From NCBI GenBank assembly GCA_963692865.2, contig CAXXHI010000006.1, positions 1 to 19,487 on the forward strand: 19,487 nucleotides of DNA, written 5' to 3'. The stretch is from a bacterium. GTDB taxonomy: Bacteria > UBA8248. Shown here piece after piece: positions 1 to 8,439 of this stretch. Made by a program: the position numbers and the translations under genes. The notes beneath the pieces were generated by a model that was not told the origin of the DNA, searched no databases, and saw nothing but the letters and a program-made list of their open reading frames with translations. The first letter of the stretch is position 1. Every line of letters begins with the position of its first letter.

Positions 1-197
1 AGCTCGGCGCCATTCTCGAGCACATCGCCAAGCTGAACGAGGTGAATACGGAAGGAGTGGCGCCCACATCGCACGTTCTCGACATCGTGAACGTGTTCCG
101 CGAGGACGAAGTCACCGAATCCCCCATCGAGAATATCGAGAAGATGGCGCCCGATTTCGCAAGGGGCCATTTCCGCGTTCCCAAGGTCATCGAGTAG
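1..197 (+). CDS. gatC: Asp-tRNA(Asn)/Glu-tRNA(Gln) amidotransferase subunit C, 3' part (truncated by window edge)
   Basis: Manual translation from nt 3: LGAILEHIAKLNEVNTEGVAPTSHVLDIVNVFREDEVTESPIENIEKMAPDFARGHFRVPKVIE, stop TAG 195-197. The EGVxPT..NVFRED..F.VPKVIE pattern is typical of GatC. Confidence 0.9.
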   Translation, partial: LGAILEHIAKLNEVNTEGVAPTSHVLDIVNVFREDEVTESPIENIEKMAPDFARGHFRVPKVIE

Positions 198-210
198 TTT
201 TTCCGGAAAC

Positions 211-1674
211 ATGGCGTACGCCTCCCTAAAAGAATTCGTCGATTCCCTGGAGCGCGCGGGCGAGTTGCGCCGCGTCCGGGTTCCGGTCGATATCGAACTC
301 GAGATCACCGAGATCGCCGACCGCTCGGTGAAGAGCGGCGGCCCCGCCCTGTTGTTCGAAAAGCCGGTCGCCCCGGATGGGCATGAATACGACGTTCCCG
401 TCCTCATCAACGCCTACGCCTCGGACTTGCGCATGAAGCTGGCGCTCGGCGTCGACAGCATGGACGCGGTGGCGGACGAGGTGGCGGAGCTTCTGGAGAT
501 CAAGCCGCCCGAGGGCATCATCGAGAAGGTGAAGATGCTGCCCAAGCTCGCGCGGCTCGCGTCCTTCTCGCCCAAGACGGTGAGCGCGGCGCCGTGCCAG
601 GAGATCGTGGAGACCGAAAACCCGAACCTCTTCTCGATTCCCGCCATCAAGTGCTGGCCCGAGGACGCGGGCCGCTACATCACCTTCGGGCACATCTACT
701 CGCGAAACCCCCGGACGGGCAGGCGGAACGTGGGCCTCTACCGCGTGCAGTTCTTCGACGAGAAGACAGCGGGCATGCACATGCACTTACACCACGACGG
801 GGCGCAGAACTTCCAGGACAGCACGAAGATGGGCGCGCGCATGGAGATGGCCATCGCCCTGGGCGGCGACCCCGTCTACGTCTACGCGGCGAGCGCGCCG
901 CTGCCGCCCGCGATAGACGAGCTGAACCTCGCCGGTTTCCTGAGGCGAAAGAGCGCCGAACTCGTCAAGTGCAAGACGGTGGACGTGGAGGTGCCCGCCG
1001 ATTCGGACATCGTGGTGGAGGGCTACCTGAACCCCGGCGAGTTGAGGGAAGAGGGACCCTTCGGCGATCACACGGGCTGGTATTCCCTGGCGGACGATTA
1101 CCCCGTCTTTCACGTGACGGCCATCACGAGGAAGCGCGAGGCCATCTACCCCACCACCATCGTGGGCCGCCCGCCGATGGAGGACTACTGGCTCGGCGGG
1201 GCGACGGGCCGCATATTCCTGCCGCTCATGAAGATGCAGTTGCCTGAGATCGTGGACGTGCACATGCCGGCGGAGGGCGTGTTCCACAACATGGTGATCG
1301 TCTCGATACGCAAGTCCTATCCCTACCACGCGCGGAAGGTGATGTACGCCCTGTGGGGGATGGGGCAGATGGCGCTGGCGAAGGTCATCGTCATCGTGGA
1401 TGAGGACGTGAACGTGCACGACATCAGCGAGGTCGCCTGGAAGGCGCTCGGCAGCATCGACCCGAGGCGCGACATGGTGTTCGTCGACGGCCCCGTGGAC
1501 GCGCTCGAACACGCCGCGCCGCGCCTCCACGTGGGCAGCAAGGTGGGGGTGGACGGCACCCGCAAATGGGCGTCCGAGGGTTTCGAGCGCGAATGGCCGC
1601 CGGAGATCGTGATGACGGACGAGATCAAGGAGCGCGTCACGAGGCGCTGGCAGGAGTACGGCCTTGGCGGCTGA
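211..1674 (+). CDS. ubiD: UbiD-family prFMN-dependent decarboxylase (menaquinone biosynthesis, MqnL-like)
   Basis: 487 aa with EITEIADR, GGPALLFE, NVGLYR, EGPFGDHTG and VGRPPMED UbiD motifs; adjacent to prenyltransferase and methyltransferase genes. Confidence 0.92.
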   Translation: MAYASLKEFVDSLERAGELRRVRVPVDIELEITEIADRSVKSGGPALLFEKPVAPDGHEYDVPVLINAYASDLRMKLALGVDSMDAVADEVAELLEIKPPEGIIEKVKMLPKLARLASFSPKTVSAAPCQEIVETENPNLFSIPAIKCWPEDAGRYITFGHIYSRNPRTGRRNVGLYRVQFFDEKTAGMHMHLHHDGAQNFQDSTKMGARMEMAIALGGDPVYVYAASAPLPPAIDELNLAGFLRRKSAELVKCKTVDVEVPADSDIVVEGYLNPGELREEGPFGDHTGWYSLADDYPVFHVTAITRKREAIYPTTIVGRPPMEDYWLGGATGRIFLPLMKMQLPEIVDVHMPAEGVFHNMVIVSIRKSYPYHARKVMYALWGMGQMALAKVIVIVDEDVNVHDISEVAWKALGSIDPRRDMVFVDGPVDALEHAAPRLHVGSKVGVDGTRKWASEGFEREWPPEIVMTDEIKERVTRRWQEYGLGG

Positions 1675-1681
1675 GGCGTCG

Positions 1682-2542
1682 ATGGCGAGGAGTTTCCGGC
1701 AGTTCCTGCGCATGGTGAAGTTCGAGCACACCATCTTCGGCCTTCCCTTCGTGCTGATGGGCGGCGTGATGGCCGCAGGCGGGGTGCCCTCGGCGTGGGT
1801 CCTGTTCTGGATGGTGACGGCGGCGGTGGGCGCGCGCAATTTCGCCATGTCGCTCAACCGCTTCGCCGACAGGGACATCGACCCCAAAAACCCGAGGACG
1901 AAAGACCGCGCCGAGTTCCAGGCGCTGCTGCATTCGAAATCCATCCTCGGGATGCTGGCGGGCTTTCTGGCGCTCTTCATCCTCTCGGCCTGGATGCTGA
2001 ATCCGCTCGCGTTCGCGCTTTCCTTCGCCGTGGCGGGAGCAATCGTCTTCTATTCGTATTCCAAGCGCTTCACCTCCTCGACGCACCTGTTCCTGGGCTT
2101 CGTGCTGGGTTGCGCGCCCGCGGGCGCGTGGGTGGCCGTGCGCGGCGATCTGGGCTTCGTGCCCGTCTTGCTCTTCTTGGGCGTCACCCTCTGGGTCGGT
2201 GGGTTCGACCTGATATACGCCTGTCTGGACGTGGATTTCGACGATGAGGAGGACATCCATTCCCTGCCGCGCCTTCTGGGCGTCAAGGGCGCGCTCATCG
2301 TCTCCGCCGTCGCCCATCTGGGGACGATGGCCTGTTTCTTCGCGGCGGGCCTGGCGTTCGGTCTGGGACCCGTTTACTGGACTGCGCTCGCGGCGGCGGG
2401 GTGCCTCCTCTTCTGGGAGCACTGGATCGTTCGGCCCGACGACCTGAGCCGCGTGGACATATCGTTCTTCAACCTGAACGCCTGGGTGTCCGTGGTCATC
2501 GCATCGGGCGCGGTCGCCGACGTGCTCATCCGCGCGGGTTGA
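1682..2542 (+). CDS. ubiA: UbiA-family polyprenyltransferase (MqnP-like)
   Basis: KFEHTIFGLPF N-terminus, Asp-rich motifs NRFADRDIDPKNPRT and FDLIYACLDVDFD, multiple TM helices. ATG 1682 chosen, 7 nt after the ubiD stop. Confidence 0.9.
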   Translation: MARSFRQFLRMVKFEHTIFGLPFVLMGGVMAAGGVPSAWVLFWMVTAAVGARNFAMSLNRFADRDIDPKNPRTKDRAEFQALLHSKSILGMLAGFLALFILSAWMLNPLAFALSFAVAGAIVFYSYSKRFTSSTHLFLGFVLGCAPAGAWVAVRGDLGFVPVLLFLGVTLWVGGFDLIYACLDVDFDDEEDIHSLPRLLGVKGALIVSAVAHLGTMACFFAAGLAFGLGPVYWTALAAAGCLLFWEHWIVRPDDLSRVDISFFNLNAWVSVVIASGAVADVLIRAG

Positions 2543-3261
2543 ACGCGCTCGTGCCGACCCGCGTCGAGAAACGCCAAGTCCAGGCGATGTTCTCGGACAT
2601 TGCGCCCACCTACGACCTCCTGAACCGAATCTTAAGCTTCGGCGTGGACCGCCTCTGGCGCGCGCGCGCAGTCGCGAGCCTTCTCCAAGGTTCGGGCGGG
2701 GAAGAGGCGCGTTTTCTCGATCTGGCGACGGGGACGGCGGACGTCGCGCTGGAAGCGCACGCCCAAGCCGGACGCGGCGCGCGCATCTTCGGCGTCGATT
2801 TCGCGTATCCCATGCTCGCGCGCGGGAAGGTAAAGGCCGAGAAGCGGGGCGCAACTCTCTCCCTGATTCAGGGAGACGGCTTGAGTCTGCCCTTTCATGA
2901 CGGCGCGTTCGACGGGGTGATCATCGCGTTCGGCCTGCGCAATTTCGAGGACCGCGAGGCGGGTCTGGCCGAGATGGGGCGCGTATTGAAAGAGGGCGGC
3001 AGACTCGTCGTTCTGGAATTCGGCCATCCTGTGGGCCTGTTCGGGCTGTTGTACGCCTTTTATTTCCGGGTGCTCCTCCCCGTCGCGGGGAGGCTCGTTT
3101 CCGCGCACCGAAGCGCGTATAATTACCTTCCCAACACGGTATATGAATTTCCCGAAGCCGAGAGGCTCTCGGCGATGATGCGCGATGCGGGTTTCCGCGA
3201 GGTGGGCCATCGCCCGATGACGGGCGGCATCGCCGAGCTTCACACCGGGGTGCGTGGATAA
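2539..3261 (+). CDS. ubiE: Demethylmenaquinone/ubiquinone C-methyltransferase (UbiE/MenG)
   Basis: VQAMFSDIAPTYDLLNRILSFG, SAM motif LDLATGTAD, FGLRN, AYNYLP. Start uncertain: TTG 2539 overlapping the upstream TGA, or GTG 2551. Confidence 0.9.
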   Translation: MNALVPTRVEKRQVQAMFSDIAPTYDLLNRILSFGVDRLWRARAVASLLQGSGGEEARFLDLATGTADVALEAHAQAGRGARIFGVDFAYPMLARGKVKAEKRGATLSLIQGDGLSLPFHDGAFDGVIIAFGLRNFEDREAGLAEMGRVLKEGGRLVVLEFGHPVGLFGLLYAFYFRVLLPVAGRLVSAHRSAYNYLPNTVYEFPEAERLSAMMRDAGFREVGHRPMTGGIAELHTGVRG

Positions 3262-3296
3262 TCCGCAGACCCCGCGCTCCCGAGGGAGGGACGGGC

Positions 3297-5669
3297 GTGA
3301 ACCCTCCGCCAGAGACGAACGCCATCGAACCGGACGAGGCCGAGGTTCTGCGGCGCATCGAAAAGCGGCTCCTGTGGCTTTCCACCTACAGCGTTCATTA
3401 CGCGAACAACCTCCGCGCAGGCTCCGAGGGCATCAAGATAGGCGGCCACCAGGCGAGTTCATCCTCCGTCGTGAGCCTGATGACGGCCATGTTCTTCCGC
3501 TGGCTCAAGACGGGAGACAGGCTGGCGATAAAGCCCCACGCCTCGCCCGTCCTGCACGCGGCCCATGCGCTCAGGGGCGATTTGCCGATGGAGCGCCTGC
3601 GGGACCTGCGCGCCTTCGGCGGCCTCCAGGCCTATCCCAGCCGCTCGAAGGACGAATACCCCGTCGATTTCTCGACCGGCTCGCTCGGGCTGCCCTCGGT
3701 CGCCGCCTCGTTCGCCGCGCTCATGCAGTCCTACATCGACGATCACTTCGGCGAAGGCCCGAGGCAGCGCTTCATCTCCCTCGTGGGGGACGCGGAGTTA
3801 GACGAGGGCAACGTCTGGGAGGCGCTGGCGGAGGAATACGTCGCGCACCTGGGCAACGTCATCTGGGTGGTGGACCTGAACCGCCAGAGCCTCGACCGCG
3901 TCGTGCCCGACGGCAAGGCGCAGCAGATACGCGATCAGTTCCGCCTGCACGGCTGGCGCGTGGTGGAGCTCAAATACGGAAAGCGCCTCCAGGCCGCGTT
4001 CGCGCTCCCGAAAGGCGAGTCGCTCAGGCGGCGCATCGACGACATGTCGAACGGCGAGTACCAGATGCTCATCGGAAGAAGCGGGCGCGAGATAAGGGAG
4101 GGCCTCACGCGCGGTGAGGCGGGCGAATACGAGGGTCTCGCGGGCCTTCTGGATCGATATGCGGATGAAGACCTGCCCGCGCTCCTGTCCGACCTCGGCG
4201 GCCACGACATCGAGTGCATATTGGAGGCGCTCGAAGAAGCGGACGGCGTTCGAGACAAGCCCGTGATGATCCTCGCCTACACCGTCAAGGGCTGGGGGCT
4301 TCCCATCGCGGGCGACCCGATGAACCACTCCCAGCTCCTGACCGAAGCGCAAATCGCCGACCTGCGCGAATCCGCGGGCCTGGGCGAGGGCGAGGAACTC
4401 GCGCCCCTCGCGGCGGATAGCCCCGAGGCGCGCGCGGTCGAACGAGCGGTGGCGCGCTACGACGCGAGGGCCGCCCTTGAAAGAGAAGAGATAACCCCCG
4501 CTCCCGTCCCCCGGGAAGTGGGGGCGAACTTCGCCTCCACCACTTCCACGCAGGAGGCGTTCGGCGCCATCATGACGAACCTTGCGCGGGAGGACGCCCT
4601 CGCGCGCCACATCGTCACCACCTCGCCCGACGTGGCGGTGAGCACGAACCTGGGCGGCTGGATCAACCGGCGCGGCGTGTACCACCCCGAGGGCAAGGCG
4701 GATTTCTTCGCCTTACAGCAGGTGCAGAGGCTCCTCAAGTGGGAGGAGTCGCCCGCGGGCCGGCACATCGAGCTGGGAATCTCCGAGAACAACCTCATGC
4801 TCCTTCTCGCCGCCTTCGGGGTCTCGAAGGAGCTCTGCGGGGTGCGCGTATGCCCCATCGGCACGGTGTACGACACCTTCATCAGCCGTTGTCTCGACGC
4901 GCTTCGCTACGCGGTCTATAACGGCGGCCGCTTCATCGTGGTGGCGACGCCGAGCGGCGTGAGCCTCTCGCCCGAAGGCGGCGCGCACCAGAGCATCCTC
5001 ACGCCCGCCATTTCGCTTGAGATGCCGGGGCTGGAGGCTTACGAGCCGACCTTCGCCGTCGAGGTCGAGTGGCTGCTCTTGTCAGCCATCGGCCGCGTTC
5101 TGGGGGATGCCGATTGCCCGGCCTTCTACCTGCGCTTAAGCACGAAGCAGGTGGATCAGAACCTCCTGCCCGCCGAGTGGCTCTCAGACCCCATGAAGCG
5201 CGAGGTATTGCGGCAAAATGTTTTAGGCGGCGGCTACCTGCTCCACTCGGCGAAAGACCAACCCGGCTACCGCGCGGGCGTGAACGCGGTGAACCTGTTC
5301 GTGAGCGGGGTGATGACGCCCGAAGCCCTCGCCGCCGCCCGCGCCCTTGCCGGGGAGGGGGTATACGCGAACGTCTACGTCTTAACAAGCGCGGACAGGA
5401 TATATGCGGAGCACAAGAAGGCGAAACGCGCGGGCCGCGCCTCGCGCCTCGAGATGATGGTGGGAGACGAGCATCTTGATAACCCCGTCGTCTCGGTGCT
5501 GGACGGCCACTCGCTCGCCCTCTCGTTCCTCGGCGGCGCGCTCGGCGCGGAGCAGACCTGCCTGGGCACCGACCAGTTCGGCCAGAGCGGCCTCCCGCAC
5601 GAGGTCTACGACGCCTTGCAAATCGGCCAGGCGCACATCGAGAGTGCGTGCCGGGAGGCGGTGGGGTGA
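3297..5669 (+). CDS. TPP-dependent AceE-like (homodimeric pyruvate dehydrogenase E1/transketolase-like) protein
   Basis: 790 aa; KIGGHQASS, GGLQAYPS, DFSTGSLG, TPP motif GDAELDEG..N, HIELGISE, EGGAHQS, FGQSG. GTG start preceded by GAGGGAGG. Confidence 0.85.
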   Translation: MNPPPETNAIEPDEAEVLRRIEKRLLWLSTYSVHYANNLRAGSEGIKIGGHQASSSSVVSLMTAMFFRWLKTGDRLAIKPHASPVLHAAHALRGDLPMERLRDLRAFGGLQAYPSRSKDEYPVDFSTGSLGLPSVAASFAALMQSYIDDHFGEGPRQRFISLVGDAELDEGNVWEALAEEYVAHLGNVIWVVDLNRQSLDRVVPDGKAQQIRDQFRLHGWRVVELKYGKRLQAAFALPKGESLRRRIDDMSNGEYQMLIGRSGREIREGLTRGEAGEYEGLAGLLDRYADEDLPALLSDLGGHDIECILEALEEADGVRDKPVMILAYTVKGWGLPIAGDPMNHSQLLTEAQIADLRESAGLGEGEELAPLAADSPEARAVERAVARYDARAALEREEITPAPVPREVGANFASTTSTQEAFGAIMTNLAREDALARHIVTTSPDVAVSTNLGGWINRRGVYHPEGKADFFALQQVQRLLKWEESPAGRHIELGISENNLMLLLAAFGVSKELCGVRVCPIGTVYDTFISRCLDALRYAVYNGGRFIVVATPSGVSLSPEGGAHQSILTPAISLEMPGLEAYEPTFAVEVEWLLLSAIGRVLGDADCPAFYLRLSTKQVDQNLLPAEWLSDPMKREVLRQNVLGGGYLLHSAKDQPGYRAGVNAVNLFVSGVMTPEALAAARALAGEGVYANVYVLTSADRIYAEHKKAKRAGRASRLEMMVGDEHLDNPVVSVLDGHSLALSFLGGALGAEQTCLGTDQFGQSGLPHEVYDALQIGQAHIESACREAVG

Positions 5670-5929
5670 AAAGGTTCATTCCCTGCTCGTCGGGGTGTCG
5701 GCGCGCGAGCGCAGGCGAGCCGGGTTTTTGGGAAAGGCTCCGCGACGATCGGGCAAAAACGCGCCGGGATGCGCGGGAGTTTTGACGAGTCCGCTTGCGT
5801 TTGGGTTGCGTCTCATGGAATGCTGGTTCCGAACGACGTTCAAGAAATGGGAGTCCATCATCGTTTCATCGGGCGAAAGATTTCATGACCGATGAAAACA
5901 ACCCGGTGTATCCAAGGGGGGAGGGAGCC

Positions 5930-7525
5930 ATGGATGAGTCGAAGCAATCCAGCTACCGTATCGGGCAGGACAACATCACGCCCTTCGGGCTGGATATCCA
6001 CAATCCGGTATTCGTGATCTCGGGACTTAGCATCATCGTATTCGTCGCGTGCACGCTGATATTCCAGGCCCAGGCGGCGGCGTTTTTCGGCTGGCTGCGC
6101 CCGGCCATCACCGGCGCCTTCGACTGGTTCTTCCTTTCGGCGGGCAACCTGTTCGTCATCTTCGCCGTGTTGCTGATGCTTCCGCCCGTCGGGAAGGTCC
6201 GTCTCGGCGGCCAGGACGCGACCCCGGATTTCGGCTATCCCGGCTGGTTCGCCATGCTGTTCGCCGCCGGCATGGGCATCGGACTGATGTTCTTCGGCGT
6301 CTCCGAGCCCCTCTCGCACTACGCGTCGTCGATAGGCGGCGCGTCGATCGAGAACGGGGTGCGCACCGACTGGGCGCCGCTCGCCGGCGCGGCCGGCGCC
6401 GCCGCCGAAGCGCGCGATCTGGCCATGGCCGCAAGCATCTTCCACTGGGGACTGCACCCGTGGGCGATCTACGCGGTGGTGGGCCTGGCGCTCGCGTTCT
6501 TCGCCTACAACCACAACCTGCCGTTGACGCTGCGCTCGGCGTTCTACCCGATCCTGGGCGAGAGGGTGTGGGGCTGGTGGGGGCACATCGTCGACACCCT
6601 GGCGGTGTTCGCGACCCTGTTCGGGCTGGCCACCTCGCTCGGCTTCGGAACCACCCAGGCGCTGGCGGGGTTCAATTTCCTGTACGGCTGGGGCACCGGC
6701 GCGGTGGCCGTCGTGGTGCTGATCGCGATCATCACCGGCCTCGCCCTGGCGTCGGTGCTGCGCGGCCTCGACGGCGGGGTCAAGGTGCTGTCCGAAATCA
6801 ACATGGTGCTGGCGTTTCTCCTGTTGCTGGCGGTCATCCTCCTCGGCCCCACCGGCGAGATACTCGCCACCGCGCTGAGCGGCGGGCTCGCCTACGTCAA
6901 GGAGCTCGTCCCGCTGTCGATGCCCTTCGGCCGCGAAGACGCCAACTTCGCCCGGGGCTGGACTTCCTTCTACTGGGCCTGGTGGGTATCGTGGTCGCCG
7001 TTCGTCGGCATGTTCATCGCGCGGGTCTCGCGCGGCCGCACGGTGCGCGAATTCGTGATCTGCGTCATCCTGATTCCGACCCTGGTCTGCACCATCTGGA
7101 TGGCCGCGTTCGGCGGCGCGGCGATCTCGCAGGTGATGGCCAACGCCAAGGCGCCGGTGGCGAGCGCGGCCCTGGAGGTCAAGCTGTTCGTCATGGCCCA
7201 GCAGTTCCCGCTGAGCGGGCTGCTTTCGTTCATCGGCATCATCCTGGTGCTGGTGTTCTTCGTTACCTCGTCGGACTCCGGCTCGCTGGTGATCGACACC
7301 ATCACCGCGGGCGGCAAGGAAAACGCGCCGAAGAGCCAGCGGGTGTTCTGGGCCACGTTCGAGGGGCTGGTGGCGGCGGTGCTGCTGCTGGTCGGTGGCG
7401 CCGAAGCGCTGAGCGCCCTGCAGGCGATGACGGTCTCGACCGGATTGCCGTTCACCCTGGTGCTCCTGGCGATGTGCTACAGCACCTGGGTCGGCCTGCG
7501 GGCGGCTTCGAAGCAGCTCTCATAA
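5930..7525 (+). CDS. BCCT-family (betaine/carnitine/choline) transporter
   Basis: WFAMLFAAGMGIGLMF, FHWGLHPWAIY, WTSFYWAWWVSWSPFVGMFIARVSRGRT signature, FFVTSSDSG. ATG 5930 has an RBS (GAGGGAG); ATG 5885 is an alternative start. Confidence 0.95.
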   Translation: MDESKQSSYRIGQDNITPFGLDIHNPVFVISGLSIIVFVACTLIFQAQAAAFFGWLRPAITGAFDWFFLSAGNLFVIFAVLLMLPPVGKVRLGGQDATPDFGYPGWFAMLFAAGMGIGLMFFGVSEPLSHYASSIGGASIENGVRTDWAPLAGAAGAAAEARDLAMAASIFHWGLHPWAIYAVVGLALAFFAYNHNLPLTLRSAFYPILGERVWGWWGHIVDTLAVFATLFGLATSLGFGTTQALAGFNFLYGWGTGAVAVVVLIAIITGLALASVLRGLDGGVKVLSEINMVLAFLLLLAVILLGPTGEILATALSGGLAYVKELVPLSMPFGREDANFARGWTSFYWAWWVSWSPFVGMFIARVSRGRTVREFVICVILIPTLVCTIWMAAFGGAAISQVMANAKAPVASAALEVKLFVMAQQFPLSGLLSFIGIILVLVFFVTSSDSGSLVIDTITAGGKENAPKSQRVFWATFEGLVAAVLLLVGGAEALSALQAMTVSTGLPFTLVLLAMCYSTWVGLRAASKQLS

Positions 7526-7551
7526 GCCCCGCCGCGGAGCGGGGCGGCTTT
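7526..7551 (+). terminator. Possible terminator hairpin after the BCCT gene
   Basis: GCCCCGC (7526-7532) / GCGGGGC (7539-7545) stem directly after TAA; only a weak T tract. Confidence 0.4.
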
Positions 7552-7578
7552 CGGGCGACCGCCCAGCGCGGAGGCGGA

Positions 7579-7686
7579 ATACGCCCGCCGCGCGCGGTCG
7601 GGTTGTTCGCCGCACTCGGCGCGCCTGATCTCGGGCGCGTCGACGCCGCGCACCCGCACGCTGCTTTGCGCGAACAAAAGCGCCAT
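7579..7686 (-). pseudogene. Fragment of a thermonuclease (SNase-like) gene
   Basis: Minus-strand translation MALLFAQSSVRVRGVDAPEIRRAECGEQPDRARRA resembles the SNase VR(L/V)xGIDxPE motif followed by C..E; the DGDT N-terminal motif and the downstream D.YGR motif are absent. Confidence 0.55.
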
Positions 7687-7722
7687 GACGCCGGACGCGT
7701 CGTTTCTGTTTCCTCCAGAAGC

Positions 7723-7748
7723 GAAAAGCCCCTCCGAAGAGGGGCTTT
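7723..7748 (-). terminator. Intrinsic terminator, probably bidirectional
   Basis: Perfect 10-bp stem AAAGCCCCTC (7725-7734) / GAGGGGCTTT (7739-7748); on the minus strand a C(UUCG)G tetraloop followed by UUUU, downstream of the 8241-7825 gene. Confidence 0.75.
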
Positions 7749-7750
7749 AG

Positions 7751-7819
7751 GCTGCGGGGCATCCGCTCCGCCCTTGTTCGCGCCCCTCACCAAGAGGGGC
7801 GCGAAAGATGCCTCGCGGC
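7751..7819. repeat. REP-like extended stem-loop
   Basis: Inner perfect 12-bp IR TTCGCGCCCCTC (7777-7788) / GAGGGGCGCGAA (7794-7805); outer 13-bp helix 7751-7763 / 7807-7819 with two G-U pairs on the + strand. Confidence 0.6.
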
Positions 7820-7824
7820 GTATT

Positions 7825-8241
7825 CTAGTTCGGGTATGAGCGCCCGTGAACGCCTATCATGCCGCCCGAAAGCGGGGAAGGGGCGCATCCAATCGCAGTG
7901 AAAAACTTTTCGTTGACGAGGCCCGGATGCTCGCGTGAAAGGCCGTCTCGAAGGCCGGCGCACAGATCGGCCCATTTGTCGCGCTCCGACATGAATTGGA
8001 GAAGGGCGCTATTGGCGCGAAGAATCCACCCGCAAGCTGTTCCCAGGGCGCTTTTCGCCTTGATTTCCTTCTTGATGAAGGCGACGGGGTCCTTGGCGAC
8101 GTCCTTCGGCATACGCCCGCCTATTCCCGCCTCGATACATTTGGCCAGTCTTGAGTCCCGCGGGGATGCGTCGGCTTGATCCGGCAAAAGCATCATGAAG
8201 CAGAATGCGACGACGAGTGATAACACAACGATGATTCTCAT
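7825..8241 (-). CDS. Small exported hypothetical protein (138 aa, signal peptide, 4 Cys in the mature part)
   Basis: ATG 8241 preceded by GAAAGGGGAAAG; MRIIVVLSLVVAFCFMMLLPDQADA is a Sec-type signal peptide with an A-x-A site; flanked by a promoter and a terminator. Confidence 0.7.
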   Translation of the reverse strand: MRIIVVLSLVVAFCFMMLLPDQADASPRDSRLAKCIEAGIGGRMPKDVAKDPVAFIKKEIKAKSALGTACGWILRANSALLQFMSERDKWADLCAGLRDGLSREHPGLVNEKFFTAIGCAPSPLSGGMIGVHGRSYPN

Positions 8242-8298
8242 GACTTTCCCCCTTTCAGGTATTGAGATTTCTCCGACCTCCCAGCGAGGCCGGGTCGG

Positions 8299-8406
8299 TC
8301 GCCAAACAAATCCCAATTGTGAAGGGGTTCCTGCCTATTTCCGCGAGGAAGCGGTCTTGTATTCGGCAGGCGGCCCGACTTCAGGGCCTTGGGATTTGTT
8401 TGGCGA
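8299..8406 (-). ncRNA. Unidentified structured RNA/leader closed by a perfect 18-bp inverted repeat
   Basis: TCGCCAAACAAATCCCAA (8299-8316) / TTGGGATTTGTTTGGCGA (8389-8406); internal stems CCTGCC/GGCAGG and GGCCC/GGGCC; begins at the predicted start site of the minus-strand promoter. The repeat is certain; the RNA function is inferred. Confidence 0.5.
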
Positions 8407-8410
8407 GAGC

Positions 8411-8439
8411 ATGATGAAAAATCAGGCTGGTTTTGTCAA
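8411..8439 (-). promoter_or_regulatory. Sigma70-type promoter for the leader and secreted-protein gene
   Basis: Minus strand TTGACA (8439-8434), 17 bp spacer, CATCAT (8416-8411); IR TTTTGTC (8431-8437) / GACAAAA (8451-8457) overlaps the -35 box. Confidence 0.6.

Noticed and set aside
6049-7839. 596-aa alternative-frame ORF and similar long ORFs (787-1980, 1637-2854, 9533-11386, 12916-14097, 14373-15524)
   Set aside because: Arg/Gly/Pro-rich or antisense shadows of well-supported genes, expected in GC-rich DNA; no motifs.
8330-8388. SRP RNA (TCC-GCGA-GGAAGCGG) or SAM-I riboswitch (GGCCCTGAAG) resemblance
   Set aside because: The SRP CAGG motif before the tetraloop stem is missing, and the SAM-I AUCxAGAG and GCAACC elements are missing.
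8299-8406. Retron msr-msd interpretation (a1/a2-like repeats near an OLD-like gene)
   Set aside because: No reverse transcriptase in the window, and the predicted transcript points away from the OLD-like gene.
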